A DNA stretch of 64,000 bases from Candidatus Dojkabacteria bacterium (lineage in GTDB: Bacteria > Patescibacteriota > Dojkabacteria > GCA-002793355), in NCBI GenBank assembly GCA_030583825.1, contig CP129477.1:1024221-1088220 (forward strand), written 5' to 3'. Positions 55,058 to 64,000 of the stretch are shown here, piece by piece; position 1 is the stretch's first letter; every line of letters begins with the position of its first letter. The position numbers and the translations under genes were made by a program. The notes beneath the pieces were generated by a model that ran no database searches, was not told where the DNA came from, and saw only the letters and a list, made by a program, of their open reading frames with translations.

Positions 55058-57649
55058 TTACACAATAGTTGCGTTCAGTTCTGCAGAAACCTGAGAGATA
55101 ACATCTTTATCAAGCATGTGAATTTCCTTGTCCGTAAGTGTTTTGGTTTGAGATTCGTATGAAATACGTACTGTCATTCTCTTTTTAGAGTCGTTTACTC
55201 GATAAATATCTACAAGCTCAATGCCGGCAACTATGCTCTCTCCATTCAAAATGACACTTTTTGCCGCGCCAGAGACACTCTGTAACAGCTGTTTTGCCGT
55301 TATTTCTGCATCCAATTCGAAACAATAGTCTAATCGCATACTCGGGTACTTCGATGGCTCACGATGCCTTAATTGGCCCTTGTAGAGCCTTTGTAGCATG
55401 CTCATAGAAAGCTCTGCAAGCACAATATTTCGCTGTGCACTAAATGACCTAAGGGTTGGAGTATTAACCTCACCTATAATGCCAAAAACATGGTGTTCTG
55501 AGTCGTACAACGACGAAATAACAGCTGTTCTACCACCTTTTGTCATGTGCGAGACTTCTGTAACCCACAATGGCAGTACTTCAAGCTCTTTTTTGGAAAG
55601 CTCCGACATATGGCGATAATGAATGTCTCCAATTGCTGTATGTGCAAGTAGTTCGTCAATATATTGCTTTAATGTGTAATATGCAGGCTCTGCATTTGTT
55701 ACAGTGACCATCCCAAGGTGATGATTTTCTACTGGAAGACCAAAATCATCCTGTGGATATAGGCTTACTTCTGTAAACATGTCTTTTTTACCCTGTTTTC
55801 CGTGAACATACTCTTTTCGAAGAACTTTTCCAAATTCGAACAATCCAAAATGCTCTTCTACATATTGATTTTGTACTGCCTGTTCAATCAATGCTGGAGC
55901 CAATACTTTGCGAACATATTGAACATCAGGAGATACTGCATTAATAATTTTGTAACAATCTTTTGTTTCAAGCTGTGCCTGTTTGTAAAGTTTTTCGCTA
56001 ATAAACGAGAAGTTTATTGTTTCAAGAAATCCAGCTCCACGTAAGTATGATGCTGTTGATTCTTTCACTTTCTCTGGAAGTGTCATTGGAATACCGTAAA
56101 TTGGACGGTTTGGTAAGGTTGGCTTTACAGACGAATATCCGTACACACGGACAATTTCTTCGTAGAGATCTTCGTCAATTTCAATATCCTGGCGGTATGA
56201 TGGTACAACAACAGTAATCAAGTCACCTTTCTGCGTTACTTTGTAGTGTAATCGCTTTAAGATTGACACCATTTCTTTGTCTGAAATTTCGATTCCAATA
56301 AAGCTCCGTGCTTTTTGCGCAGAAATAACTTTTTCTTTCTGCGAAATATCTGCGATAAGTTCGTCTTCTACAGGAGAAGAAATTTTTGCATTTGCATACA
56401 GCTGAAGGAAATCAATCGCACGAAGCATTGCTTTCACTGTTTTTGATGGATCCTGACGACGTGAAAACACTGTACTTGCATCAGTAAAAATGCCGTGAAG
56501 CATTGAAGACTTACGAATTGAGTACATATCGAATGTTGCGGATTCCAAAATGATTTTCTTTGATTTTTCAGTAATTGAGCTATTTGTTCCGCCAATGATT
56601 CCTGCTATTCCAATTGCTTTATCAGCATCTGCAATAACGATCGTATTGGTATCGAGCAAATGCTCTTTATTATCTAATGTGTGAATTTTTTCGCCGTTTT
56701 TAGCCATTCGTACATTCACAGTGTAAGTTGTCACATCATTATTTACTGTGTGAGAGATCTTTTCTGCATCAAATGCATGCATTGGTTGTCCCCATTCAAG
56801 CATGATGTAATTTGTAATATCAACAACATTGTTAATTGGCTTGATTCCGTGCTTTAAAAGTATCGCTTGAATCCACAATGGTGATTCTTTTACAACAATA
56901 TCTTCCAAAACAATTGCTGAGTATCGAGGAACAACATTCTTTGCCTTTACACTGAGCTGAATTCGTGATGAAAATGATTCGTCAAATTCTCGAGCATACT
57001 CTGCAATCTGTTGAGGCTTTGGTTCAAGCCATTGTGGCGTTTTGAATGGAATATCAAGTACAGCAGAAACTTCGCGTGCCATGCCAACCATAGAGAAACA
57101 ATCTCCCCGATGGGTCATAGACTTGTTTTCAATTTCAATCATGAAATCGTCAAGGCCAAGAGCTTCGGCGAAAGCGCGTCCTCCTTCAAGTTTGCCGATA
57201 ATATCTGCTTCCTGAAGAATAAGAATACCTGAATGATCCTCACCAAGAAGTAATTCGTATTTGCTGCAAAGCATTCCTTCAGACATCATTCCTTTCATTT
57301 CGCGTGGCTCTATTACCAACGGTTCGGTTGTCTGTCTTGTTACAGGAACAGTTGCTCCAACCCCAATGTATGGGACATAATCGCCTTTTCGTACGTTTGG
57401 TGCTCCGGTTAATACTGTTTTTACTTCACCGTTGCCAATATCAACTTTGGTGACTGTTAATTTATCGGCATTTGGATGCTTTTCTGTTTCAAGAATTTTA
57501 CCGATCACTATTCCTTTGTAATATTCTGCAAGATTTTCAACTGATTCAATTTCTGAAAGGCTTTGCCATAGTTTTTCTTTAAACTCTGCGATCTGCAATG
57601 TATCTGGCAATGCAACAAATTGTTTTATCCATGAGAGCGAGTATTTCAT
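55058..57649 (-). CDS. pheT: phenylalanine--tRNA ligase beta subunit
   Basis: 863 aa. The N-terminus MKYSLSWIKQFV is typical of PheT, and the B3/4 and B5 regions are recognisable. It overlaps the pheS stop by 4 nt. Confidence 0.9.
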   Translation of the reverse strand: MKYSLSWIKQFVALPDTLQIAEFKEKLWQSLSEIESVENLAEYYKGIVIGKILETEKHPNADKLTVTKVDIGNGEVKTVLTGAPNVRKGDYVPYIGVGATVPVTRQTTEPLVIEPREMKGMMSEGMLCSKYELLLGEDHSGILILQEADIIGKLEGGRAFAEALGLDDFMIEIENKSMTHRGDCFSMVGMAREVSAVLDIPFKTPQWLEPKPQQIAEYAREFDESFSSRIQLSVKAKNVVPRYSAIVLEDIVVKESPLWIQAILLKHGIKPINNVVDITNYIMLEWGQPMHAFDAEKISHTVNNDVTTYTVNVRMAKNGEKIHTLDNKEHLLDTNTIVIADADKAIGIAGIIGGTNSSITEKSKKIILESATFDMYSIRKSSMLHGIFTDASTVFSRRQDPSKTVKAMLRAIDFLQLYANAKISSPVEDELIADISQKEKVISAQKARSFIGIEISDKEMVSILKRLHYKVTQKGDLITVVVPSYRQDIEIDEDLYEEIVRVYGYSSVKPTLPNRPIYGIPMTLPEKVKESTASYLRGAGFLETINFSFISEKLYKQAQLETKDCYKIINAVSPDVQYVRKVLAPALIEQAVQNQYVEEHFGLFEFGKVLRKEYVHGKQGKKDMFTEVSLYPQDDFGLPVENHHLGMVTVTNAEPAYYTLKQYIDELLAHTAIGDIHYRHMSELSKKELEVLPLWVTEVSHMTKGGRTAVISSLYDSEHHVFGIIGEVNTPTLRSFSAQRNIVLAELSMSMLQRLYKGQLRHREPSKYPSMRLDYCFELDAEITAKQLLQSVSGAAKSVILNGESIVAGIELVDIYRVNDSKKRMTVRISYESQTKTLTDKEIHMLDKDVISQVSAELNATIV

Positions 57650-58710
57650 ACATCGTGGCGCAAGAATCTTATATCACTAGCAAATAACGAACGAATGTCT
57701 TTAATTCCATTTTTCTGCAAGATTGTGCGGTCAAGACCAAGTCCCCATGCGAAACCTGTATATTCATCTGGATCAATACCTGCTTCGCGAAGAACGTTTG
57801 GATGAATCATTCCAGCTCCCGCAACTTCGAGCCATCCAGAATGTTTACATGATCCACAGCCGACTCCTTTACAAAAGATACAGCGAACCATGAATTCAAT
57901 ACCTGGTTCAACGAATGGGAAGAATGATGGCTGAATTCTCCAGACAATTTCCTGCTCGAAGAATGCTTCAAGATATGCTTTGATTGTTCCAATCATGTCA
58001 GCAACGCTGACTCCTTTATCAACGTATAGTCCTTCAATTTGGTGGAATGTGTGCCCGTGAACAACATCAACGGCTTCGTTTCTAAAGCATCGCCCGTAAA
58101 TTACTGCTCGCACCGGAGGCTTTTTGAAATACCTCATCACGCGAACCTGCATATTTGATGTATGTGGTGTTGGAACAAGTCCTTCTGCTGTTTTAAATGC
58201 ATCCCAGTTTTCACGTGCTGGATGGTTTGGTGGAAAGTTTAATGAATCGAAAATGAAATACTCTGTATCAAGCTCGCGTGCTTCAAAAATATGAAATCCC
58301 ATTGTTCGGAAAATTGAAAGCATTTTTTCAACTTCTTCAGAAACTGGATTTGATGCACCCTGCGACTGTAATCGCTCTAAAGATTCTTTTGTTGTTGCGA
58401 ATGGTGCAGTAAGGTCAATGTCTTGTTTTTCATCATCAACCATTGCTTTGTGCTGAATATACTGCTCTTCCAAAAGCTGGCACGATTCCTCGATATGTTG
58501 CTTTAACACATTAAGCTCTTTTCCAGCTGGGCCACGCTCTTTTGAATCAAGCGTTCCAAGCTCTTTGAAAAGCTTTGCTAACTGAGAATCTTTGCCTGTA
58601 TATGAATTTCGCAGTAATGAAATAGCTTCAATAGATAATGAATCACCTGCAAGCTTTTTTACATCTGCATCAAATTGTTTTTTAACAGAAGAAATTTCTG
58701 ATTTTTCCAT
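57646..58710 (-). CDS. pheS: phenylalanine--tRNA ligase alpha subunit
   Basis: 354 aa. The class II motifs are present (FRNEAVDVVHGHTFHQIEGLYVD; GAGMIHPNVL). Confidence 0.9.
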   Translation of the reverse strand: MEKSEISSVKKQFDADVKKLAGDSLSIEAISLLRNSYTGKDSQLAKLFKELGTLDSKERGPAGKELNVLKQHIEESCQLLEEQYIQHKAMVDDEKQDIDLTAPFATTKESLERLQSQGASNPVSEEVEKMLSIFRTMGFHIFEARELDTEYFIFDSLNFPPNHPARENWDAFKTAEGLVPTPHTSNMQVRVMRYFKKPPVRAVIYGRCFRNEAVDVVHGHTFHQIEGLYVDKGVSVADMIGTIKAYLEAFFEQEIVWRIQPSFFPFVEPGIEFMVRCIFCKGVGCGSCKHSGWLEVAGAGMIHPNVLREAGIDPDEYTGFAWGLGLDRTILQKNGIKDIRSLFASDIRFLRHDV

Positions 58711-58712
58711 GT

Positions 58713-59057
58713 TTATTTTGTAGCTAAAGTTGTGAGACTTTTAAAGATCTCAGGCTGATTCACGGCTAATTCCGCGAGCATCTTCCTGTTGATCTCAACT
58801 TTAGCGGCCTTTAAATCGGCCATAAACTTGGAATAAGAAATGTCAAATTGTTCAAGCGCAATAGAAATACGACGAATCCAAACCTGGCGAAGCTGACCTG
58901 GTCGCTTTCTGCGGTGAACATATGAATATTGCCCTGCATGAAGCACGGCCTCTTTTGCTTTTCTAAAATTCTTTGATCGGGATTGGCGATATCCTTTCGC
59001 CAATTCTAAGACTTTCTTGTGTCGTCTTTTTGTAACAATTCCGCCCTTTACTCGCAT
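58713..59057 (-). CDS. rplT: 50S ribosomal protein L20
   Basis: MRVKGGIVTKRRHKKVLELAKGYRQSRSKNFRKAKEAV is diagnostic of L20. Confidence 0.95.
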   Translation of the reverse strand: MRVKGGIVTKRRHKKVLELAKGYRQSRSKNFRKAKEAVLHAGQYSYVHRRKRPGQLRQVWIRRISIALEQFDISYSKFMADLKAAKVEINRKMLAELAVNQPEIFKSLTTLATK

Positions 59058-59060
59058 AGT

Positions 59061-59249
59061 TTATCCAATGAGATTATTCCATGGTGCAACCGATACTTCC
59101 TGGATTTTTTGCTGTTTTCCACGAGCTCTTCGGCTTGCTGATTTTTTAGATTTAAGATGCGCAGTAAATGCACGTCCACGCACAACTTTACCCTTCTTTG
59201 TTACTCTCACTTTTTTGACTAGTGACTTCTTTGTCTTGCTTTTTGGCAT
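59061..59249 (-). CDS. rpmI: 50S ribosomal protein L35
   Basis: MPKSKTKKSLVKKVRVTKKGKVVRGRAFTAHLKSKKS. The true start is the internal Met at 59249, whereas the track ORF extends to 59327. Confidence 0.85.
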   Translation of the reverse strand: MPKSKTKKSLVKKVRVTKKGKVVRGRAFTAHLKSKKSASRRARGKQQKIQEVSVAPWNNLIG

Positions 59250-59877
59250 GTGAAATCGGTTTCGATTTAAGTAATACGTAAATATTTTTACCTTTTTGCT
59301 GGACGCTAATGATAGTACAATATTCATCTAACTTTGTCAACATGGTCTCTTTGAACACATTTGCCTGTTCAGGAGTCACTGGCCACTTTCTCATAATGGT
59401 CAATTTTACTTGGTCGCCTTCCTCAACAATATCACGAACTTTCTGGACTTTTCTTTCAAGATCCATGCCAGCAATCTTCGGCGAAACTTTAATTTCTTTT
59501 ACTTTGATTTTCTTTTGATTCTTTTTAATCTCTTTTTCTTTCTTTTTGGTGTGGTATTTAAATGCTTCCCAATCAACGATTTTACATACGGGTGGGCGGG
59601 CCTGTGGTGCAGTTAACACTAAATCAAGCTCTTGTTCTTTTGCAATAGTAATTGCTTGAGACTTTGACATAATGCCTAAGTTTTCTCCGCTCTCATCAAT
59701 AACACGAACTTCGTCGAACATGATTGCTTCATTTCGTGGATGCTCTTTTTCAAAAGGATCAATCACATTGTAAGGTTGGCGAGGTCTAAATTGACCGTCT
59801 CGTGACGGCCCTTTGTATGGGCCTCTGCTTGGGAATTTATTGTTTGATTTGTTGGAGGAAAAACGCTTTTTAAACAT
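59188..59877 (-). CDS. infC: translation initiation factor IF-3, with an unusual basic N-terminal extension and a tail overlapping rpmI
   Basis: Core NEAIMFDEVRVIDESGENLGIM...LDLVLTAP...PVCKI. Its ATG overlaps the thrS stop by 1 nt. Its 3' end overlaps the rpmI start by about 60 nt in another frame. Confidence 0.75.
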   Translation of the reverse strand: MFKKRFSSNKSNNKFPSRGPYKGPSRDGQFRPRQPYNVIDPFEKEHPRNEAIMFDEVRVIDESGENLGIMSKSQAITIAKEQELDLVLTAPQARPPVCKIVDWEAFKYHTKKKEKEIKKNQKKIKVKEIKVSPKIAGMDLERKVQKVRDIVEEGDQVKLTIMRKWPVTPEQANVFKETMLTKLDEYCTIISVQQKGKNIYVLLKSKPISHAKKQDKEVTSQKSESNKEG

Positions 59878-61646
59878 TATACTAATAAAGATTTAATTGA
59901 TTTAGTTGCTATTTCTTCTTGAACTGAGGCAAGGAAAGAATCAAAACGCATAAGTCCGATATCTCCAGTTCCTTGGACTCGAACTGACACACCTTCAACC
60001 TTCTGCTCTTTTTCGCCTACCAATACGATGTATGGAATTTTATCTTCCTCTGCCTGTTTGATTTTTCCTTCGATTGGCTCGGAAGAATAATCAACAGTAG
60101 AATGAATTCCTACTTCGCGGCACTTTTTCTGTAGTGTTTCGGCATAAAATTCCTGTTTGCTGTTCACCGGCAAGAATCGAATCTTTTCAAACTGTAGCCA
60201 CAATGGCAAAATTCCTGCGGTATGTTCAAGCAATATTGCGATGAAACGCTCAAAAGAACCTAAAATTGTGCGGTGAATCATAAATGGAGTATGCTGCAAA
60301 CCGTCTTTTCCTGTATAAGTAATTTCAAGCTTTTTCGTTGAAAGAATATCAAGCTGTAACGACGATACCTGGCGCTTTCTTTTTACAACATCTGTAACGA
60401 TAACCTCAATTTTAGGGCCATAAAACATTGATGGCAACGATGATTCCTTTGCTGCATACCCTGCCTTTCGAACCAAATTCTTTAATACTGACACAGCAAG
60501 ATCCCATTCTCCAGAAACATTTTCTGCTTGGAGCTTTTTCGGCATTTTTGAGTGAAGTACTACTTCAAAGTCTTGTAATCCAAATGAGCGAAGCACAAAT
60601 AAAATCAAATGAAACTGGCTTTCCAGCTCAGATTCAAAATGCTCTCGTGCAACAACTGCGTGACAGTCATCTTGAGTAAACCCTCGTGTTTTTAGCAAGC
60701 CTTGTAGCTCACTGTGCTTTTCGTAGCGATAGACTGTTCCCATTTCCATAACTCTCCATGGCAATTCACGATAACTTCGCGTTTTATTACCAAAGACGAG
60801 CAAGTGCATTGGGCAGTTCATCGGCTTAATGTAGTACTGATCGTTGTCCGGCTGCTTCATTCCGTGGTACATCTTATTCTTGAAATAGTCTAAGTGCCCT
60901 GAGTGCTCAAACAGTACTTTTGACGAAATATGTGGAGTGTCTAATGGCATAAATCCATTTTCGAGGTAAATGTCGGTGATAAATCGGGAAAGCTGTTGCT
61001 TTATATATGCTCCACGTGGCTGCCAGATAACTAATCCAGCACCAACAGATTGGTCACTAAAATACATATTCAAACGCTTGGCAAGCACACGATGATCTCG
61101 TCGTGCCATTTCTTCTTTGTATGCAAAGTACAATTCTAATTCTTCCTGCGTTGGGAATGCCACACCGAAAATACGGGTTAACATCGGACGATTCTCGTCG
61201 CCTTTCCAGTATGCTCCGGAAATTGAAAGAAGTTTTACAACTCCAGCATCTTTCGATGATTTTACGCCTTCAATTTTGCCGAGATCAAGAAATGCGCCGT
61301 CATCCATTGAAGTAAACGCTACACGGTTACCTTTTATTTCCTCGATACGCTCACGCTTGTACGCTTCTTCTTTTACAACAAAGAATTCTCGTGCTTCATC
61401 TTTTGTCTTAACAATATTTCGGATAATAAGCGCTTTTTGAATAAGCTGATTGATTTCTTCTTCAAGTGACAAAAGATCGTATTCACTGACATCTGAGCCA
61501 CCAAGGTCAATATCGTAGTAAAAGCCTTCTTCTGTAAATCCAACAGATCCAAGCTGGGCATCAGGGTACATTTTGACAATAACTGAACCGAGCAGGAAAG
61601 CTGCCGTCGAACGTTGAAGCTGGTAATCTGAAAGAAGTAAGTTCAT
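59877..61646 (-). CDS. thrS: threonine--tRNA ligase, short form lacking the N-terminal TGS/editing extension
   Basis: 589 aa. Class II catalytic core and anticodon-binding domain, including HRTILGSFERFIAILLEH. It heads the thrS-infC-rpmI-rplT-pheST cluster. Confidence 0.9.
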   Translation of the reverse strand: MNLLLSDYQLQRSTAAFLLGSVIVKMYPDAQLGSVGFTEEGFYYDIDLGGSDVSEYDLLSLEEEINQLIQKALIIRNIVKTKDEAREFFVVKEEAYKRERIEEIKGNRVAFTSMDDGAFLDLGKIEGVKSSKDAGVVKLLSISGAYWKGDENRPMLTRIFGVAFPTQEELELYFAYKEEMARRDHRVLAKRLNMYFSDQSVGAGLVIWQPRGAYIKQQLSRFITDIYLENGFMPLDTPHISSKVLFEHSGHLDYFKNKMYHGMKQPDNDQYYIKPMNCPMHLLVFGNKTRSYRELPWRVMEMGTVYRYEKHSELQGLLKTRGFTQDDCHAVVAREHFESELESQFHLILFVLRSFGLQDFEVVLHSKMPKKLQAENVSGEWDLAVSVLKNLVRKAGYAAKESSLPSMFYGPKIEVIVTDVVKRKRQVSSLQLDILSTKKLEITYTGKDGLQHTPFMIHRTILGSFERFIAILLEHTAGILPLWLQFEKIRFLPVNSKQEFYAETLQKKCREVGIHSTVDYSSEPIEGKIKQAEEDKIPYIVLVGEKEQKVEGVSVRVQGTGDIGLMRFDSFLASVQEEIATKSIKSLLV

Positions 61647-61749
61647 GTGACTTAAACGGTCACCACTAACAATTGATTCGCGAAGAACAAACGAATGCCG
61701 CGAGATTGGTTGAAATTTCGTAATATTTGCATATTTATACCGTATTTTA

Positions 61750-62361
61750 TCAACTCTTCAGAACTTTATCAACAATTCCGTATTGTACTGACTCTTCAGC
61801 GTTAATCCAGTAATCTCTTTCGGTATCGCGCTCAATCTTTTCAAAAGGCTGTTTTGTGTGATTTGCAAGAATCTGCTGCAAACGCTCTTTTTCTTTTTTA
61901 GACTGCTCGGCATAGATGAGAAGATCGGTTGTTTTAACGTTTGAGAGTCTTGGTGTCCATGGCTGGTGAATCATTACCTGTGTGTGTGGCAAAATGAATC
62001 TTTTACCATTTGTTCCTGATGCAAGAAGCACCGATGCCATCGAGGCAATTAATCCCATACCAATAGTGACAATATCTGGCTTGAGGTACTGAAATGTGTC
62101 ATAAATGGCGAGACCTGCATTCACACTTCCTCCCGGACTTTGAATATACACTTGAATATCTTCTTTTGGATTTTCTCTTTCGAGGTAAATAAGCTCTGCA
62201 ATAATGAGGTTGGCAAGATCTTCTGTAATAGCACCGGTGATAAATACGATTCTGTCTTTAAGAAGACGTGAAAAGAGGTCGTAGTAGCTACGAACGCCAT
62301 TACGCTCTTCTTCGAAAACGGTCGGGATAACCGCCGATTTAAGTGATGGTAATTTTGTCAT
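61750..62361 (-). CDS. clpP: ATP-dependent Clp protease proteolytic subunit
   Basis: 203 aa. INSPGGSV...GLIASMAS (the Ser nucleophile region) and MIHQP (His) are present. Confidence 0.9.
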   Translation of the reverse strand: MTKLPSLKSAVIPTVFEEERNGVRSYYDLFSRLLKDRIVFITGAITEDLANLIIAELIYLERENPKEDIQVYIQSPGGSVNAGLAIYDTFQYLKPDIVTIGMGLIASMASVLLASGTNGKRFILPHTQVMIHQPWTPRLSNVKTTDLLIYAEQSKKEKERLQQILANHTKQPFEKIERDTERDYWINAEESVQYGIVDKVLKS

Positions 62362-62535
62362 AGGGATATTTTAGCACAGTACACAAGAGACTGCTAATTG
62401 ATTAACTCTTCGCTCAGTGACAGCTAATTTACAACGCTCGCTTCCCTCGCTGTAAATTACTGGACTTCGCTCAATCGTTAATCAATTTTTAGTTTAGAGA
62501 GAAACAAGTAATTAGCATTCAACTCAATTGCAGAG

Positions 62536-62609
62536 TGCCCCCAGAAGGAATCGAACCCTCAACCTTTCCCTTAGGACGGGATTGCTCTATCCAATTGAGC
62601 TATGGGGAC
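62536..62609 (-). tRNA. tRNA-Arg (anticodon CCT)
   Basis: GTCCCCA ta GCTC aattggata GAGC a ATCCC gTCCTaa GGGAA aggtt GAGGG ttcgatt CCTTC TGGGGGC a. It lies between tig and clpP. Confidence 0.8.
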
Positions 62610-62685
62610 ACAGTACAAACACAAGCAATTATACGCTAACAATGACTGAATATGCTACTAATAAGTATTGGATTACTTAGTTTGA

Positions 62686-63819
62686 TTAATGAGAGTGTGC
62701 AACATCACCGGCATCATCGTGATCGTGGTGATGATGGTCATGCTCTTTTAATCCAAGCTCCTCCCGGAGAGTTCTGAGTGCTTTATACATTGTTGCTGTA
62801 CGCAGAATTCGCTCAACTGCTTCCTGCGAAAGCTTGTCTTCTGGTCGTGCGCCTATATTTGCTGCTGCGTAGTTGATCAATGTTGCATCTTCTTTATTTG
62901 CTGGATCAATCTCGATCTTTCGAGTTTTTATGAAAATTCTCCAAAAGACTTCTTCTCGGTACTGTTGTGAGTAAAGCTCAGTTAGATCGGACTTAATCTC
63001 GTCTTCTGTCTTTTTATATTGAGTGAGATATGCATCCCAACTTGAACCACCTTTTGTTAATCGCTCCTTTTGCTGGGTGATTGATTGTTCAACATTCTTT
63101 GAAACAAATTCTGCTGGAACTTCGATTTTCATTGATTCGATAATCGCTTTCAATGCTTCAGAAATTTTCTGGTCTTCTACTTCGTGAAGTTTAGAGTGTT
63201 CCAACTCTTCTTTTACCATATCGCGAAGTCCTGCAATGGTGGTTACATTTGGAACATTTAGCTGCGTTTCTACCCATGTATCACTCATTTCGGTGTACTG
63301 TGCTTTATCTTCATCTTTTGCACGCTTGTTCCACTCTTCCCACACGCTTTTCATTGCATCATCAATCTCTTTTTCTGCTGGAGCCAAATCACCAATTTCA
63401 ATCTGGTGCTTTTTCATATCTGGCAAGGCATAGTCCTTGATTGGCTGGATTTTCACAACAAATGCGATTGGAGTTTCGATAACTGTAAATGTAATATTGG
63501 TAACTTCCGGCATCAAAATGACGGTAATTTTCTCTTCTTCTAGCAACTCGCCAACTGCATTGTTAATCAACGCATTGACCATATTGTTTGTAACGTCGTT
63601 ATAAATTTGTGATTCAACCATTGAGCGTGGAGCTTCTCCCTTTCGGAAGCCTTTCATCTCGATTTCTTTTGCCTTTTCTGCGAAAAGTTTTTCGTAAACA
63701 TCCTTTTGTAATGCTTCGTTAATGCGGACTTCATATTCAATTGTTCCGTTTTCTTCTTTTAAAACTTTCTTTGACTGGATAATTTTGTTTGGGGTATCAG
63801 TTTGTAACAATGCTGCCAT
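62686..63819 (-). CDS. tig: trigger factor with His-rich C-terminal tail
   Basis: 377 aa. GFRKGEAPRSMVE is the ribosome-binding TF signature motif. The C-terminus is HDHHHHDHDDAGDVAHSH. Gene order is the conserved tig-clpP. Confidence 0.8.
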   Translation of the reverse strand: MAALLQTDTPNKIIQSKKVLKEENGTIEYEVRINEALQKDVYEKLFAEKAKEIEMKGFRKGEAPRSMVESQIYNDVTNNMVNALINNAVGELLEEEKITVILMPEVTNITFTVIETPIAFVVKIQPIKDYALPDMKKHQIEIGDLAPAEKEIDDAMKSVWEEWNKRAKDEDKAQYTEMSDTWVETQLNVPNVTTIAGLRDMVKEELEHSKLHEVEDQKISEALKAIIESMKIEVPAEFVSKNVEQSITQQKERLTKGGSSWDAYLTQYKKTEDEIKSDLTELYSQQYREEVFWRIFIKTRKIEIDPANKEDATLINYAAANIGARPEDKLSQEAVERILRTATMYKALRTLREELGLKEHDHHHHDHDDAGDVAHSH

Positions 63820-64000
63820 GATTTCTGGATTAAACTTAATAACTAGTGTTTCGTGCTTCTAAACTTACAAAAAACGAAACTGCTCATTCTACCATAGATT
63901 TCAAAATTTCGACACTATCTTTATATTTCGTCAGGCGGGATTGCTGGCTTAAAAAGCTTGGAACTGTTTCCAATACAATACTCTTCAGTACTGGAGATCC

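Noticed and set aside
61647-61749. T-box leader upstream of thrS
   Set aside because: The intergenic region is only about 100 nt, too short for a T-box, and no specifier/antiterminator pattern was seen.

Overview
AT-rich (roughly 60% A+T by eye), very gene-dense bacterial chromosomal segment, read with the standard genetic code. TGA is a real stop here, as shown by ATGA stop/start overlaps such as recG/SpoU-methyltransferase. Many adjacent genes overlap by 1-30 nt, so operons are compact. Most of the window is housekeeping. The cell-division and dcw genes are split into two loci: ftsQ-ftsA-ftsZ-ftsW at 21.9-26.6 kb and mraZ-rsmH-ftsL-ftsI-mraY at 44.9-49.5 kb. A pilMNO type IV pilus inner-membrane module lacks pilP and pilQ. 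Other core genes are a class II (B12) ribonucleotide reductase, enolase, recG, ruvC/yebC, PBP1A, the thrS-infC-rpmI-rplT-pheS-pheT cluster, clpP, and tig. There are five tRNA genes: Asp-GTC, Thr-CGT, Phe-GAA, Gln-TTG and Arg-CCT. The split dcw cluster, the missing secretin, the short-form ThrRS and the many small hypothetical membrane proteins fit a reduced-genome, monoderm-like bacterium. It may be a Patescibacteria/CPR-like organism, but that is inference only. The accessory content is concentrated in four places. (1) 2.1-5.3 kb: an ArmA/Rmt-family 16S rRNA m7G1405 methyltransferase translationally coupled to tgt, followed by an ANT(2'')/Lnu-type nucleotidyltransferase, an acyltransferase-3 membrane protein and a VOC (glyoxalase/bleomycin-resistance fold) protein. 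A MarR-regulated heterodimeric ABC exporter and an ABC-F ATPase lie nearby. (2) 12-16.5 kb: a run of hypotheticals with a NUDIX hydrolase, an ASCH-domain protein, a wHTH-Nudix-fold fusion, and a tRNA-Asp with a degenerate duplicated 3' fragment. (3) 18.5-21.3 kb: a 946-aa surface protein with four tandem LamG-type lectin-like repeats. (4) 29.5-33 kb: an EEP-family nuclease gene split by a single in-frame TGA, a HExxH membrane peptidase, a second wHTH-Nudix paralog, and a 379-aa hypothetical. A membrane-anchored 818-aa TraD/VirD4-like ATPase sits at 40.1-42.6 kb. I found no CRISPR array, no IS or transposase, and no rRNA genes.
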